A model generated the notes under the pieces. The model was not told the DNA's origin and searched no databases. It worked only from the letters and a program-made list of their open reading frames with translations. Below, piece after piece: positions 26,651 to 39,707 of a stretch of 64,000 bases of DNA (the first letter of the stretch is position 1; each line of letters opens with the position of its first letter). This DNA comes from Heptranchias perlo (lineage: Eukaryota), in NCBI RefSeq assembly GCF_035084215.1, contig NC_090339.1:34286001-34350000 (forward strand), written 5' to 3'. The translations under genes and the position numbers were made by a program.

Positions 26651-27476
26651 GGGAGGAATTTTAACCCCCCCCACCCCCCCCCGACGATGGGTGGGACAGT
26701 GGCGTGGGGATGGGATAAAATTTCAAAAATCTGAAACCCGACCCCAACCTGCCTCAAACTTCCAGTTTTATCAGAGGAGGGTTAGGGAGCGGGCAAGTAA
26801 CCTGCGCTGGAGATGCGGGTCTGTAATTTAAATGTGTTAATGAGGCTGTGGGTCTCAGATTTTAGCAGACTTTTACATTTAACGGCTGCGGGCCGTGTTT
26901 CCCAGAGCTCAGGTGACCCGGCAACTGAAGGGAGGCGAGAGCAGCTGGATCCAGCAGGTTAGTGCTTTTCCAGCACTGCTTGTGGGCCATGAGGAGCAGG
27001 AGTGCTCACCTGGCCCCCCAAGATGATCTGACTCCCCCCGAGAGGCCCTGCGCAATCTCCACTTCAGCCTCCCGAGATCTCCACTTCAGCTACCCACTGC
27101 GATTGGCACTTCAGTCCCCACCCCCCAGCAATCTTCACTTCAGCCCCTCCACAATCTCCACTTCAGCCTCCCCAAGATCTCCAATTCAGCCTCACCGCAA
27201 CCTCCCCCCTACCCCCTGCGATCTTCCTCTTCCTCCCTCCCTCCCTCCCTCCCCCCCCCCCTCCCCCCTCTCCACTCCCCGATTGCGGCCTTCTAGCAGG
27301 CCTTCCCACCCGACAGCCAGCCAGTCTCTCAATCTGGCTGGCTGCCGGTCCGGAAACTGAGAAAAAAAATTGATATGAGGTCCTGCCATTAAATTCGGCA
27401 GGACCTCCACCTTCTTAGTATTTCCGGGCTTCCCGGCTGCTATAAGTCCCCCGCTCTCCCCATAAATATCGGGGCC
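26651..27476. mobile_element. Non-autonomous Harbinger-type element with internal tandem repeats
   Basis: GGGAGGAATTTTAAC and TAAATATCGGGGCC ends like other elements here; repeated ATCTCCACTTCAGC units at ~27052-27195. Confidence 0.5.
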
Positions 27477-29217
27477 TATATATCTGACACTGCACGTGAC
27501 TGATCACATGCTTACTGTATCAGTGTGGTCCTGTTATTACCTGGATCTGAATCTGGGACGAAAACCAGGGCTGCACAGAGAGGCACCACGAGCATGCACA
27601 GTAGTAATAAGAAGCGTGCAGCAAATTTATATGTGCACAGTAAAACTACTTTGTGATATGAAATCCATTGTTCTGCAGTAAGTTAATTCTTTTTTTTTGT
27701 ACATAAAGGCTGTTTGGAGGTCAGTTTACAATATGAGATATCTGCCTCCTTAATGAACTGTTGCCTCCTAAAGCAGACCTGAAACATCTTTGAGAGCGAA
27801 GCATGGTCTGTAAACTCTGGTGGAAGGGTACCTTTGAGTGGAAGGCTTTGGTGTAGTCTTGTCCTGTGTACCTCTCTTGTTATCTCTTCCTCATGATCTG
27901 TTCTACCTCCATTATGAGGACGTATATGGGAATTCCCTAGTGAACCTGATGGTAAGAACTCCATGACAGAAGAGTGGGAAGCAAAAGATTTCCCTGCCTG
28001 AAACTGCTGAAAAGCAGCTTGCAGAATCCCTTTTTAGTTGCACGGATAAGAAAAGATTTTTCTAATTGCTTCAGTGAAAGCTAATGTTTCAGACAACATT
28101 TGTAGACATTCAAAGCCTGTGAACTCAATCACTTCCTGGGTTTGACAAGTTATGAAGATAACTTACCCCTCTTTTCTACATGCATAATTTAAGTCAGCTG
28201 CAATTCTGGTGTAAATGGTGGAATTTCTGGGACAGCAGCTTTGGCCCTCATTAGCCTGTCATTTGCAGACATACACCATTTTGGGGCAGGCGCATCTTGT
28301 GCCAGCAGCCAATGCTATCTGACTAGTGTTCCAAATTCCAGGCCCCTATGCACGACTTTTGCACCAAAAAAAAGTCAGTATTTCGGGCCCATCATATCTT
28401 AGAAACTGGAACAGGCCACTAGATCGAATAAGCCAACCCCATGTGGAATAAATCCTGCTCCCCATTCATTCGCTGGTAACACTGCACTGCTAATGTCATG
28501 AAGTAGGTTGATAACCATTTCTATGTGTCACACACTGCAACACTAAAACTCTATGACTAAATAATAAAAATTATCATTTCCATAACATAGGATGGCCAAA
28601 AATCTTCAGCCCTGCTTTACCGATGGAAACACAGTGAAGTGGGTGCTGGCGATCTCCACTCCTCATCCCACTGGCTATCCAGGTTCAGGGTGAGATCACT
28701 TCATTATAATGGACAGAGGAAGGAGGGTGGTAAAAGCAGTGCTGCAAAAGCTCCTAGTGCTGCAGCACGGGTGCAAAAAGAAATAAGGATGCCAACATTT
28801 TTATGGGGATCCAGATCAGGACGCAGGCTTGGCCCCCCAGGCAGAATTCACTTCTGTTGCCCAAAGGATCTCAATGCCGGGTTTATCCTGGTGTCCATGC
28901 CACTGGGCAATACGGAGACCGGGGCCGAGGAAATTCATGGTATGGAAATTACATTTCCTGGCCCCACCCCACTGACATCAAAGGCCTTGTTTGGGGTGGC
29001 CACAAGCTCCATTGAAAACTCGCTGCCTGTGCTGGGACCTACTGTTTCCAGCTCCTACCTAATTTCCCTAAGGCTATGTCACACTCCTAGTTGACTTACA
29101 CCAGGATTCCACCGCTGGCCCCATGCAAATTCAGGGCCAAACACGACAAATGATATGAGAAATGGATATCTGGAAGCAACACAGATTGGAATCCAATAAA
29201 AAAGTTTGGATAGCTTA

Positions 29218-29410
29218 TGCAGAATAATTAATACCTCAGACTAAATTACGGGCTGGAATATAATGAGGGATTCAGAGGGTTTACTTATAGAATAATGGAA
29301 ATTCAGGAGTTAACTTTGGGTTGGAATCTAGTCAAGCGGTTCAGTGCTTTATATATAATGAAGGAGAGAATACCCAGTAGTAAATTACAGGCTGGAAGCT
29401 ATACAAGGAG
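29218..29410. repeat. Degenerate ~70-bp tandem repeat, about 3 units
   Basis: Recurring TAAATTAC.GGCTGGAA / TAACTTTGGGTTGGAA with AGAATA and TTCAG motifs at ~70-bp spacing. Confidence 0.5.
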
Positions 29411-29580
29411 TTTTTATCGAGCAGATCTTTCATGGCATTGCTCAAGGTAAGTCAGATGATGCGTTGTTTCATGAGGACAGGATCATTATGCCGAATAATG
29501 TACAATATATTGTTCTGCTACTAAAGTGAAGTTGTGTCCCTTTAAAGACACAAAGTTTAACAGCTGTTAAATAAACATTT

Positions 29581-29678
29581 GGGGTAATTTTAACTTTGGA
29601 GTCAATGGAAAGGAAAGTCAGGCTGGGTCTGCTCCGATATCGCCTGTTTTACACCATCGCCCAAGTTAAAATTACCCC
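29581..29678. mobile_element. 98-bp Harbinger-type MITE
   Basis: Perfect 16-bp TIR GGGGTAATTTTAACTT / AAGTTAAAATTACCCC. Confidence 0.75.
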
Positions 29679-30041
29679 CATTGAGTGAGTTCTTTGAGAG
29701 GTTTTTTTGAGTGTGATTGGTAAAGTCAATTAAGAGGTTGCAGTCATTCTGACTGGTATTTTCTGTTTTGGACAGTTTCGCTATAATCCAAATAACTGCC
29801 TTTGTTTTAGTGTGACACTTGGGGAGTCGATTTTAATGACAGCTCGGGAGAGTAGGAATGGGAATTTTAACATTTAAGAAGGACGTAGGGAAGGAGTGAG
29901 GCCGCAGCAGGAGTGGAATTGGGCATGGAGAGTAGGAAATGTGGCTAATGAGAGTAGCATTTTAAGATTTGAGTGGGATGTAAAGAATTGATTACAGAAC
30001 AGGGAAGAAATGGAGTCTGGAGTGGAAAGGGAAAGACCAGT

Positions 30042-30420
30042 ATCCTCACAATGATCCAAAACACTTTACAACCAATGGGTTAATTTTGAAATGCAGTCAC
30101 TGTAGGCAAACACGGCAGCTGATCTGTGTACAGCAAGGTCCCACCAATAGCAAATGAATGACCAGATAATCTGTTCTTGGTGGTGTTGGTTGAGGGGAGA
30201 ATATTGGCAAGGACACTGGGAGGAATCCCTACTTTTCTTTGAATTGTGCCATGGGAACTTTTACATCTACTTGAACAGGTAAGTGGGGCCTTGTCCAAAA
30301 GACAGCACTTCCTCAGTATTGCCTTGATGTTTCAGCCTAGATTATGTGCTCAAGTCCATATTGAACCCATAAACTGCTGACTCAGAGAAAAGTGTGCTAC
30401 CAACTGAGCCAAGCTGGCAC
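30042..30420 (-). mobile_element. tRNA-derived Deu-type SINE (SacSINE1-like)
   Basis: Reverse complement begins with A box TGGCTCAGTTGG and matches the body of the copy at 61567-62016. Confidence 0.75.
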
Positions 30421-30767
30421 TAGGCATGGGGGAAATGCTTTTGCTGCTGTAACTGGGGCCAGGACTGTGGCCCAGGATTATACTTTTTAAAGCCTAAATT
30501 AGGTGTGGGGAGAGTGGTGGGGCAGGGAGTAGCTGGTAGATTGAAGGTCAGGTAGGGAAAAAGTAATAATCATTACATAAAAGTATAAAGCTATGATAAG
30601 AATTGTAAAATAGCTAGACATATGAACCTATGACTCCTGATTAAGTTGTTATGTTTTGCTGGGTGAATTGAAAATGAGAAAATTAGAATATGAGCTAATC
30701 TGGTGCAAGAAATTTTGTTTGGTTAGAATAAATTTACCAATAGTGTGATACAGAAAGTTTTTCAAAA

Positions 30768-32197
30768 TAAGAACATTAGAACATAAGAACATAAGAAATA
30801 GGAGCAGGAGTAGGCCAATCGGCCCCTCGAGCCTGCTCCGCCATTCAATAAGATCATGGCTGATCTGATCCTAACCTCAAATCTAAATTCATGTCCAATT
30901 TCCTGCCCACCCCCCCATAACCCCTAATTCCCTTTACTTCTAGGAAACTGTCTATTTCTGTTTTAAATTTATTTAATGATGTAGCATCCACAGCTTCCTG
31001 GGGCAGCAAATTCCACAGACCCACCACCCTCTGAGTGAAGAAGTTTCTCCTCATCTCACTTTTGAAAGAGCAGCCCCTTATTCTAAGATCATGCCCCCTC
31101 GTTCTAGTTTCACCCATCCTTGGGAACATCCTTACTGCATCCACCCGATCAAGCCCCTTCACAATCTTATATGTTTCAATAAGATCCCCTCTCATTCTTC
31201 TGAACTCCAATGAGTAGAGTCCCAATCTACTCAACCTCTCCTCATATGTCCACCCCCTCATCCCCGGGATTAACCGAATGAACCTTCTTTGTACTGCCTC
31301 GAGAGCAAGTATGTCTTCTCTTAAGTATGGACACCAAAACTGTATGCAGTATTCCAGGTGCGGTCTCACCAATACCTTATATAACTGCAGCAATACCTCC
31401 CTGTTTTTATATTCTATCCTCCTAGCGATAAACGCCAACATTCCGTTGGCCTTCTTGATCACCTGCTGCACCTGCATACTAACTTTTTGATTTTCTTGCA
31501 CTAGGACTCCCAGATCCCTTTGTACTGCAGTACTTTCCAGTTTCTCGCCATTAAGATAATAACTTGCTCTCTGATTTTTTCCTGCCAAAGTGCATAACCT
31601 CACATTTTCCAATATTGTATTGCATCTGCCAAATCTCCGCCCACTCACCCAGCCTGTCTATATCCCCTTGTCCCCTTGTAGGTTTTTTATGTCCTCCTCA
31701 CTTCTACTTTCCCTCCCATCTTTGTATCATCTGCAAACTTTGATATGTTACACTCGGTCCCCTCCTCCAAATCGTTAATATAGATTGTAAAGAGTTGGGG
31801 ACCCAGCACCGACCCCTGCGGAACACCACTGGCTACTGGTTGCCAGTCCGAGAATGAACCATTTATCCCAACTCTCTGCTTCCTGTTAGGTAACCAATCC
31901 TCCACCCATGCTAGAATATTACCCCCAATCCAGTGATTCTTTATCTTGAGCAATAATCTTTTATGTGGCACCTTGTCGAATGCCTTCTGGAAGTCTAAAT
32001 GCACTACGTCCACTGGTTCCCCTTTATCCACCCTGTACGTTATGTCCTCAAAGAACTCAAGCAAATTTGTCAGACATGACTTCCCCTTCATAAAGCCATG
32101 CTGACTTTGTCCTGTTAAATTATGTTTGTCCAAATGTTCCGCTACTGTCTCCTTAATAATAGACTCCAAAATTTTACGCACCACAGATGTTAGGCTA
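30768..32197 (-). mobile_element. Young 5'-truncated CR1 LINE (RT plus 3' UTR)
   Basis: ORFs 31687-32184 and 30854-31648 with [31 protein letters not shown]; (TTCTTATG)n tail; near-identical in protein to 35913-37320. Confidence 0.95.
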
Positions 32198-32939
32198 AAA
32201 TGAGAGCCCGAGGTACCATTTTTGTTAAATTATTATAGCAGATCTCGTAGAATTGCTCACAATGGATATGCTGGTTTATTTTTTATTCCTTCTTGGGCGT
32301 CGCTGGTATTTTCAGCCACCAGGGCTGGCCTGCTGTGTTCCCTGGTCAATGGATCCTGGTCTGTTGTTGGTTTTAAAGTGTACTTCACAGTAACTCTGTA
32401 TTTGCTGACCATATGATGTGAAAGATCTCTTTTTTTCTCTTTATCACTCTCACAATAGTGTCATTAATTGGAATGCTTACATTTTCGACTAACAAAACAC
32501 AGCCGATAGTAAACAATACCCATGTATTTACCTGAGAATCTTGCAAAATTCAATTAATTTGTTGTTTGGGATGGAGGTGGGTAATCTTCATGATGGAGAG
32601 GATGGTTTGGAAGCTGAGCTCAGGATTGAACTTGATGCTAAGATTGTGAAAAGTTTGGTTCAGTATGAGACAGTGGCCAGGAAGGGAGATGGAGTTGATG
32701 GCAAGAGTAGACAGTTTGCGGCGGCAGGGCAAACACAATGACTTCTTCCGGGAAGAGCCTCCACCACCACCCCCTCCCCGCCCCCAACATTGCAGAATCT
32801 AATTTTATCTCATATAATTTCAGTGTTTTTGCCTGACCATACGACTTACCTAAATTTTCGTTTTGCTAGGTTGAGCCTGTGTCTCCTTGTCCTAATCTTA
32901 CAATTTAGTTTGACAAGTTAAATTACAGATTTACTTTTT

Positions 32940-33560
32940 CCATATTGTTTACTATCACATTTATCTGTACAAGATCACCTTCCAGTCTCCTTTCAAGACT
33001 AGGAAGTGCACGCTTCTCCAGTTTATCCTCATAATTCAGACCTCTGACTCTAGGGATCAGTTTTGTGGCTCTTCTCTGAACTGTCTCCTGTGCTTGAATG
33101 TCTTCTTTGTGTCTCGGTGAACAGACCTGGGCATAGTACTTAAGTTGTCCTCAGTTATTTTGGCACCATTCATGGAATACGTATGTCACTTATTTTTATA
33201 CAAATTAACAACAATACTGGTCCCAATACTGTTCCTGGAACACTCCACTCAGCATCTCCACCCCACGCCACCCCCATAACTTAACTCCTCTAACAAGTCC
33301 TTGGTGTTTTCTACCCTTCAGCCAATTTCTTATCCATTCCCAAGATTTATCTTGAATCCCCACAGCTTTGGGCTTAACCAGTGGGCTTTTCTGCAGAGCT
33401 TTGATGAATGCTTTTTGGAAGTCCAGGTACAACACAATCTACTTGGAATGTTACATCCTTAAAAAAAAAGTCAAGGAGCTGGCTCAAGGAGGATTTTGCA
33501 CTTCTGAATGCATGTTCACTGCTGTTTACTAGGTCATTATTGTACGAGTAATCTTCATTT
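32940..33560 (-). mobile_element. Old decayed CR1 RT fragment
   Basis: VLYLDFQKAF..WIRNWL..SGVFQE in ORF 33205-33435. Confidence 0.6.
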
Positions 33561-33975
33561 TACTCCTGACAGTTGATTTCATTATTTTAAATTATATTAA
33601 AGTAAAACTAATGGGTCCACAGTTGCTCGCATCTGTTTTATCACTTTTTTTTGAAAATGGGTATCATATAAAAGAAAGAAAGAAGAACCCGCAATTATAT
33701 CCTCAGAAGGTTCCAAAGAATTTCACAGCCAATGAATTACTTTTGAAGTGTAGTCACTATTATATAGACAAACACAGCAACTATTTTGCACACAGCAATG
33801 TCCAACTTAACAGCAATGAGATTTCATTTTTTCCTCTTTCAGTTTCTGTAATTTGGGTCTTTCTTTTGCCCTGTTTCCTTTTTGTTGTTTCTTGCTGTTT
33901 CTCACTTTCTCTTATTTTCCCCCTCCCCTGCCAGTATTTCTCACTGTGATCACTGGATTTCTGTTTTCTTTGTAG

Positions 33976-34037
33976 ATTTCTCTCCTGGATTCCAGACGAA
34001 GCATGAATGTGGGGATATTTCTCAAACAGTTTAAAAG
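33976..34037 (+). CDS. FHDC1: FHDC1-like formin coding exon 2 (62 nt)
   Basis: ttttctttgtag|ISLLDSRRSMNVGIFLKQFK(R)|gtacga; contains the conserved FH2 actin-binding Ile; phase 0 to 2. Missed by the ORF track. Confidence 0.92.
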
Positions 34038-34170
34038 GTACGAAGAAGTCAGGTTTTAATTCTGGTAGCTGATGGACACTAATCCAGCAGTTTACACCTT
34101 GAGCATTTTGTCTGGGATTTTTATAGAAATCGCTGTCAGTGTGGTGATCAACTATCTGCTTTCTTCATCT

Positions 34171-34402
34171 TAGAATCATAGAAAATTTATGCCACAGAAG
34201 GAGGCCATTCGGCCCATCGTGTCCGCGCTGGCTGAGAAACGAGCCACCCAGCCTAATCCCACTTTCCCGCATTTGGTCCGTAGCCCTGCAGGTCACGGCT
34301 CTTCAGGTGCACATCCAGGTATTTTTTAAATGAGTTGAGGGTTTCTGCCTCTACCACCCTCTCGGGCAGTGAGTTCCAGACCCCCGCCACCCTATGGGTG
34401 AA
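34171..34402 (-). mobile_element. CR1 3' end fragment, continued at 37321-37473 (split by the younger CR1)
   Basis: TAGAATCATAG tail and GAAGGAGGCCATTCGGCCC; homology resumes with CTCATTTCCACTCTAATCC after 37320. Confidence 0.75.
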
Positions 34403-37320
34403 CTAAGTGTCACAAAACATATTTGAAAGTTCTTTATCTGAATGCACGTAGCATTCGTAACAAAATGGACGAGTTAACGGCACAAATAACTACGTATGGG
34501 TATGATCTTGTGGCCATTACAGAAACATGGCTGCAGGGTGACGACGACTGGGAATTAAATATGCCAGGGTATTTAACAATCAGGAAGGACAGGCAGGAGG
34601 GAAGGGAAGGGGAGGTGGGGTGGCTATGTTAATAAAGGAAGGAATCACTGTAATACAGAGAAATGATATTGGGACAAAGGATCAGGATAATGAAACAGTT
34701 TGGGTAGAGATAAGGAATAATAAGGGGAAAAAAACACTAGTGGGCGTAGTATATAGGCCTCCTAATAGTTGCAACTCTGCTGGAAGAAGTATTAATCAGG
34801 AAATAGTCGGGGCATGTAATAAGGGAACAGCTATAATTATGGGGGATATTAACTATCATATTAACTGGACAAATCAAATTGGGCAGGGCAGCCTTGAGGA
34901 AGAGTTTATGATCAGTATGTAACTGATCCTACAAGGGGGCAAGCAACCTTGGACCTGGTCCTGTGTAATGAGCCAGGATTAATTAATAATGTCCTAGTTA
35001 AGGATCCCCTTGGAATGAGTGACCATAACATGGTTACATTCCATATCCAATTAGAGGGTGAAAAGGTTGGTTCTCAAACAAGCGTACTGAGCTTGAATAA
35101 AGGAGACTATGATGGTATGAGGGCGGAATTGATTAAAGTGGACTGGGAAAATAGATTAAGGGGTAAGACGGTACAAGAGCAGTGGTGTTCATTTAAGGAG
35201 TTATTTTACAACTTTCAAAACAAATATATTCCACTGAGGAAAAAAGGGTGTAAAAGAAATGACAGCCATCCGTGGCTAAGTAAAGAAATTAAGGATAGTA
35301 TCCGACTAAAAACAAGGACATATATGGTAGCCAAACTTAGTGGGAGGATAGAAGATTGGGAAGTCTTCAAAAGACAGCAAAAAGTAACTAAAGGATTGAT
35401 TAAGAAAGGAAAGATAGATTATGAAAATAAATTAGCAAAAAATATAAAAACAGATAGCAAGAGTTTCTATAGTTATATAAAAAGAAAAAGGGTGGCTAAG
35501 GCAAACGTAGGTCCCTTAGAGGATGAGACCGGGAAATTAATGGTGGGAAACATGGAGATGGCTAAAATGCTGAACAAATATTTTGTTTCAGTCTTTACGG
35601 TAGAGGACACTAAGAATATCCCAACACTGGACAAACAGGGGGCTCTAGGGGGGGAGGAGCTAAATACGATTAAAATCACTAAGGAATTGGTACTTAGTAA
35701 ATTAATGGAAGTCAAGGCAGATAAATCCCCTGGACCTGATGGCTTACATCCTAGGGTCTTGAGGGAAGTGGCAGTGGGGATTGTGGATGCTTTGGTAATA
35801 ATTTTCCAAAATTTTCTGGACTCGGCAAATGTCCCGGCAGATTGGAAAACTGCTAATGTAACACCCTTATTTAAAAAGGGTAGTAGACAGAAGGCTGGAA
35901 ATTAGAGACCAGTTAGCCTAACATCTGTGGTGGGTAAAATTTTGGAGTATTATTAAGGAGACAGTAGCAGAACATTTGGACAAACATAATTTAATAGGAC
36001 AAAGTCGGCATGGCTTTACGAAGGGGAAGTCATGTCTGACAAATTTGCTTGAGTTCTTTGAGGATATAATGTACAGGGTGGATAAAGGGGAACCAGTGGA
36101 CGTAGTGTATTTAGACTTCCAGAAGGCATTCGACAAGGTGCCACATAAAAGATTATTGCTCAAGATAAAGAATCACTGGATTGGGGGTAATATTCTGGCA
36201 TGGGTGGAGGATTGGTTATCTAACAGGAAGCAGAGAGTTGGGATAAATGGTTCATTCTCAGACTGGCAACCAGTAGCCAGTGGTGTTCCGCAGGGGTCGG
36301 TGCTGGGTCCCCAACTCTTTACAATCTATATTAACGATTTGGAGGAGGGGACCGAGTGCAACATATCGAAGTTTGCAGATGATACAAAGATGGGAGGGAA
36401 AGTAGAGAGTGAGGAGGACATAAAAAACCTGCAGGGGGATATAGACAGGCTGGGTGAGTGGGCGGAGATTTGGCAGATGCAATACAATATTGGAAAATGT
36501 GAGGTTATGCACTTTGGCAGGAAAAACCAGAGAGCAAGTTATTTTCTTGATGGCAGGAGACTGGAAAGTACTGCAGTTCAAAGGGATCTGGGGGTCCTAG
36601 TGCAAGAAAATCAAAAAGTTGGTATGCAGGTGCAGCAGGTGATCAAGAAGGCCAACGGAATGTTGGCGTTTATTGCTAGGGGGATAGAATATAAAAACAG
36701 GGAGGTATTGCTGCAGTTATATAAGGTATTGGTGAGACCGCACCTGGAATACTGCATACAGTTTTGGTGTCCATACTTAAGAAAAGACATACTTGCTCTC
36801 GAGGCAGTACAAAGAAGGTTCACTCGTTTAATCCCGGGGATGAGGGGGTGGACATATGAGGAGAGGTTGAGTAGATTGGGACTCTACTCATTGGAGTTCA
36901 GAAGAATGAGAGGCGATCTTATTGAAACATATAAGATTGTGAAGTGGCTTGATCGGGTGGATGCGGTGAGGATGTTCCCAAGGTTGGGTGAAACTAGAAC
37001 GAGGGGGCATAATCTTAGAATAAGGGGCTGCTCTTTCAAAACTGAGATGAGGGGAAACCTCTTCACTCAGAGGGTGGTGGGTCTGTGGAATTTGCTGCCC
37101 CAGGAAGCTGTGGAAGCTACATCATTGAATAAATTCAAAGCAGAAATAGACAGTTTCCTAGAAGTGAAGGGAATTAGGGGTTACGGGGAGCGGGCAGGAA
37201 ATTGGACATGAATTTAGATTTGAGGTTAGGATCAGATCAGCCATGATCTTATTAAATGGCGGAGCAGGCTCGAAGGGCTGATTGGCCTACTCCTGCTCCT
37301 ATTTCTTATGTTCTTATGTT
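34403..37320 (+). mobile_element. Young CR1 LINE with almost complete ORF2 (APE endonuclease plus RT), a few frameshifts/stops
   Basis: LYLNARSI, VAITETWL, GVVYRPP, MGDIN, LDLV, SDHN (endonuclease); [25 protein letters not shown] (RT); (TTCTTATG)n tail. Confidence 0.96.
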
Positions 37321-37661
37321 CTCATTTCCACTCTAATCCTTCTACCAGTCACTTTAAATCTATGCCCCCTGGTTACTGACCCCTCCGCTAAGGGAAATAG
37401 GTCCTTCCTATCTACTGTATCTAGGCCCCTCATAGTTTTGTACACCTCAATCAAATCACCCCATAGCCTCCTCGATCGATTGAACGATTGCAACTGAATT
37501 GAAGGCCCTCAATTTTACTTCCGGGTTTTGCGTCTCCAAGCTGCGCAGCGGGCGTACTGCCCACCCGAATGACGTTCTGTGAGTTGGAGTACTTAAAGGG
37601 ACAGTGCAACAATGGATTTTGAAGGAGAAAGGAGGATCATAACAGAATACAGCATCATTGA

Positions 37662-39456
37662 TTGAAGGCAGCACCCCGTATCAGCGACTCCTCCCTTGAG
37701 TTGCAACTGGCTGGTGTCAAAAGCAGGAGAGAAGTCCTATACCCAGCGGATAGGAGGAAGCGCCCTGCTTCTGCCACCACAAAGGCATGGCTGGAGGTGA
37801 CAGAGGAAATCAGCAGCAGGAGTACGGTGCACAAGTCATGGGTACAATGCAGGAAGTGATTTAATGACCTCGCCAGGTCAGGAAAAGTAAGTACATTTGC
37901 TGATTCACCCCATCCTGTGAAAAGAAATTCCCCCTCACTCTGTCTTGCCAAGCCTACACCATCACATCACTTCTCACACCCACAAGTCTCATCATCAACT
38001 TATCTTCATTTTCTGTGCACTTTCTCACCCCCCCATTTGTGAACCCACCTCTCCCACTCACCCCAATCCTGATGCAATGTGATGAATCTGTCTGGTAGTC
38101 ATCCTTTGATGCATCTGCTTCATTGTCAGCCTCACCCAAAGCAATGCATCCATCAAGTGAACACGTCACCTTCAATCACTCACCCATCTGTTCTTTCTCC
38201 TCTTGTAGAAGAGAGTGCAAAATGTAAGGGAGAGGGCGAGGACTGGAGGAGGGACACCACAAATAGTACACTTGACAGAAACGGAGGAGGAGGTGATGGA
38301 AATAAGTTGCACGGTTGCATGCCTGGCCGTTGAAAATGGGGAGAATGACAACCCGCAGACGGCTGGTGACAGAACTTTAGCATCCTTCACACACATGATG
38401 AATTGATGATATCAATGATTGACCTGTTCCACACCTTAGTATGCACATTGGAAAGACTGTAACTTCTCCGATGATTATCTAATACTGGTTTATGTTGTCT
38501 TCCAGGGCCTTCACGGATTGATGAGGAGGCAGAAGCCGTGGAAGCAGGTGATTCCTCAGAGGGCTCCATTCCAATGAGGGCGCACCGTCAAGTGACATTC
38601 ATCCACACAACAGTGCAGATACTGGCATTCAGTGGGTCGTGTTAGGAAGATAGTCGGGTTGTCACTAGGTGATTCAACACTCACAAGTGTGCACGAGCAG
38701 ACACTGGTGGCAGGGGCAGCTGTGGAGAGTCCGTGTCGGAGGGAGCACTCCTCTCCAAGCTCTGCTCAGCTGGTCACAGATGCTGAACCCCGGGGACTTT
38801 GTTGAGATTGAAAATGTTCAAGCACAGCTTCACCTTTGCGAGGTAATAGAAAAGGTGTCACACACACTCTCCACAATAGCGAATCGGGTGGAGGAGTCCA
38901 ACTCCATCGCTAGTGGATTGGTGGCGTAGGTAAGTATGGGAATGTCTTCAATGAGCTTCAAGCACGGATCTCAAATGAGTCCAAGCAGGCTGCGAAAACG
39001 GCCGTGCAGACTCTGGATGCCAACATGTCTGCCACCTTAAACAGGTAGGCAGAAACTTCATCCGTGGCCTTAGAAAGCGGTACATCGGCACACCAGCCTG
39101 CTGTCCAGCAGAGTGGTGGGAGTGATGTTGCGCCAGCCCAGGAGAGGGACAATGGCGAAAGGGGTCATGGAAGTGGGGACTCTACTCAAAGTGCTCCCGC
39201 CTCTCACCCATTGCCTCCCACTCAACTAGTACCCGCTATTCTGACTCCTCTCCCGACATTTGAGTCTGCCCCAGCACAGGTGCAGGTGGAGCAGTCTTTG
39301 GTGGGCCCCTCACAAGCTCCAAAACCCAGAGGTCGAAGGCCAAAAGCATCTAAACAGTCAGGGCATGAATCTGAGCAACCTGCCACTACCTCTGCTGAAG
39401 TCACAGGAGATGTACCACATAGAAGCGCTAGGAAGAGGAAGGCTAAGGTTTTTTAA
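37662..39456 (+). pseudogene. Harbinger Myb/SANT-like protein gene (exons ~37662-37886, 38209-38365, 38506-39456)
   Basis: KAAPRISDSSL..KAWLEV..WVQCRK*FNDLARSGK|gtaagt; ag|KRVQNVRERARTGGG..LTETEEEV; basic C-terminus HRSARKRKAKVF*; internal stops. Confidence 0.8.
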
Positions 39457-39707
39457 TCACCAAGGGAATGCACAAGGGTATCCGACGCAATGTCATGCTT
39501 TTCATTTATATATGTGTTTTGCTAATTCCACATTAAATGGTATGATTCTCACCACCACTCTTGAGTCCCTTTTGTGAAATCGCCCTTTCATGTGCTTCAT
39601 CATGAACAACAGGACATGATGCCACCCATTGGGCACGTGTGCAATGATTGTATGTGTGGTTGAAGGACTGTTTTGTGCAATTCACATTATTTAATTTGCA
39701 GATGTCA

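Noticed and set aside
26622-26831. C-terminal 70 residues of the 227-aa ORF 26148-26831
   Set aside because: Intron read-through past the GTAAGT donor into a transposon end; FH2 homology continues at 33976 instead.
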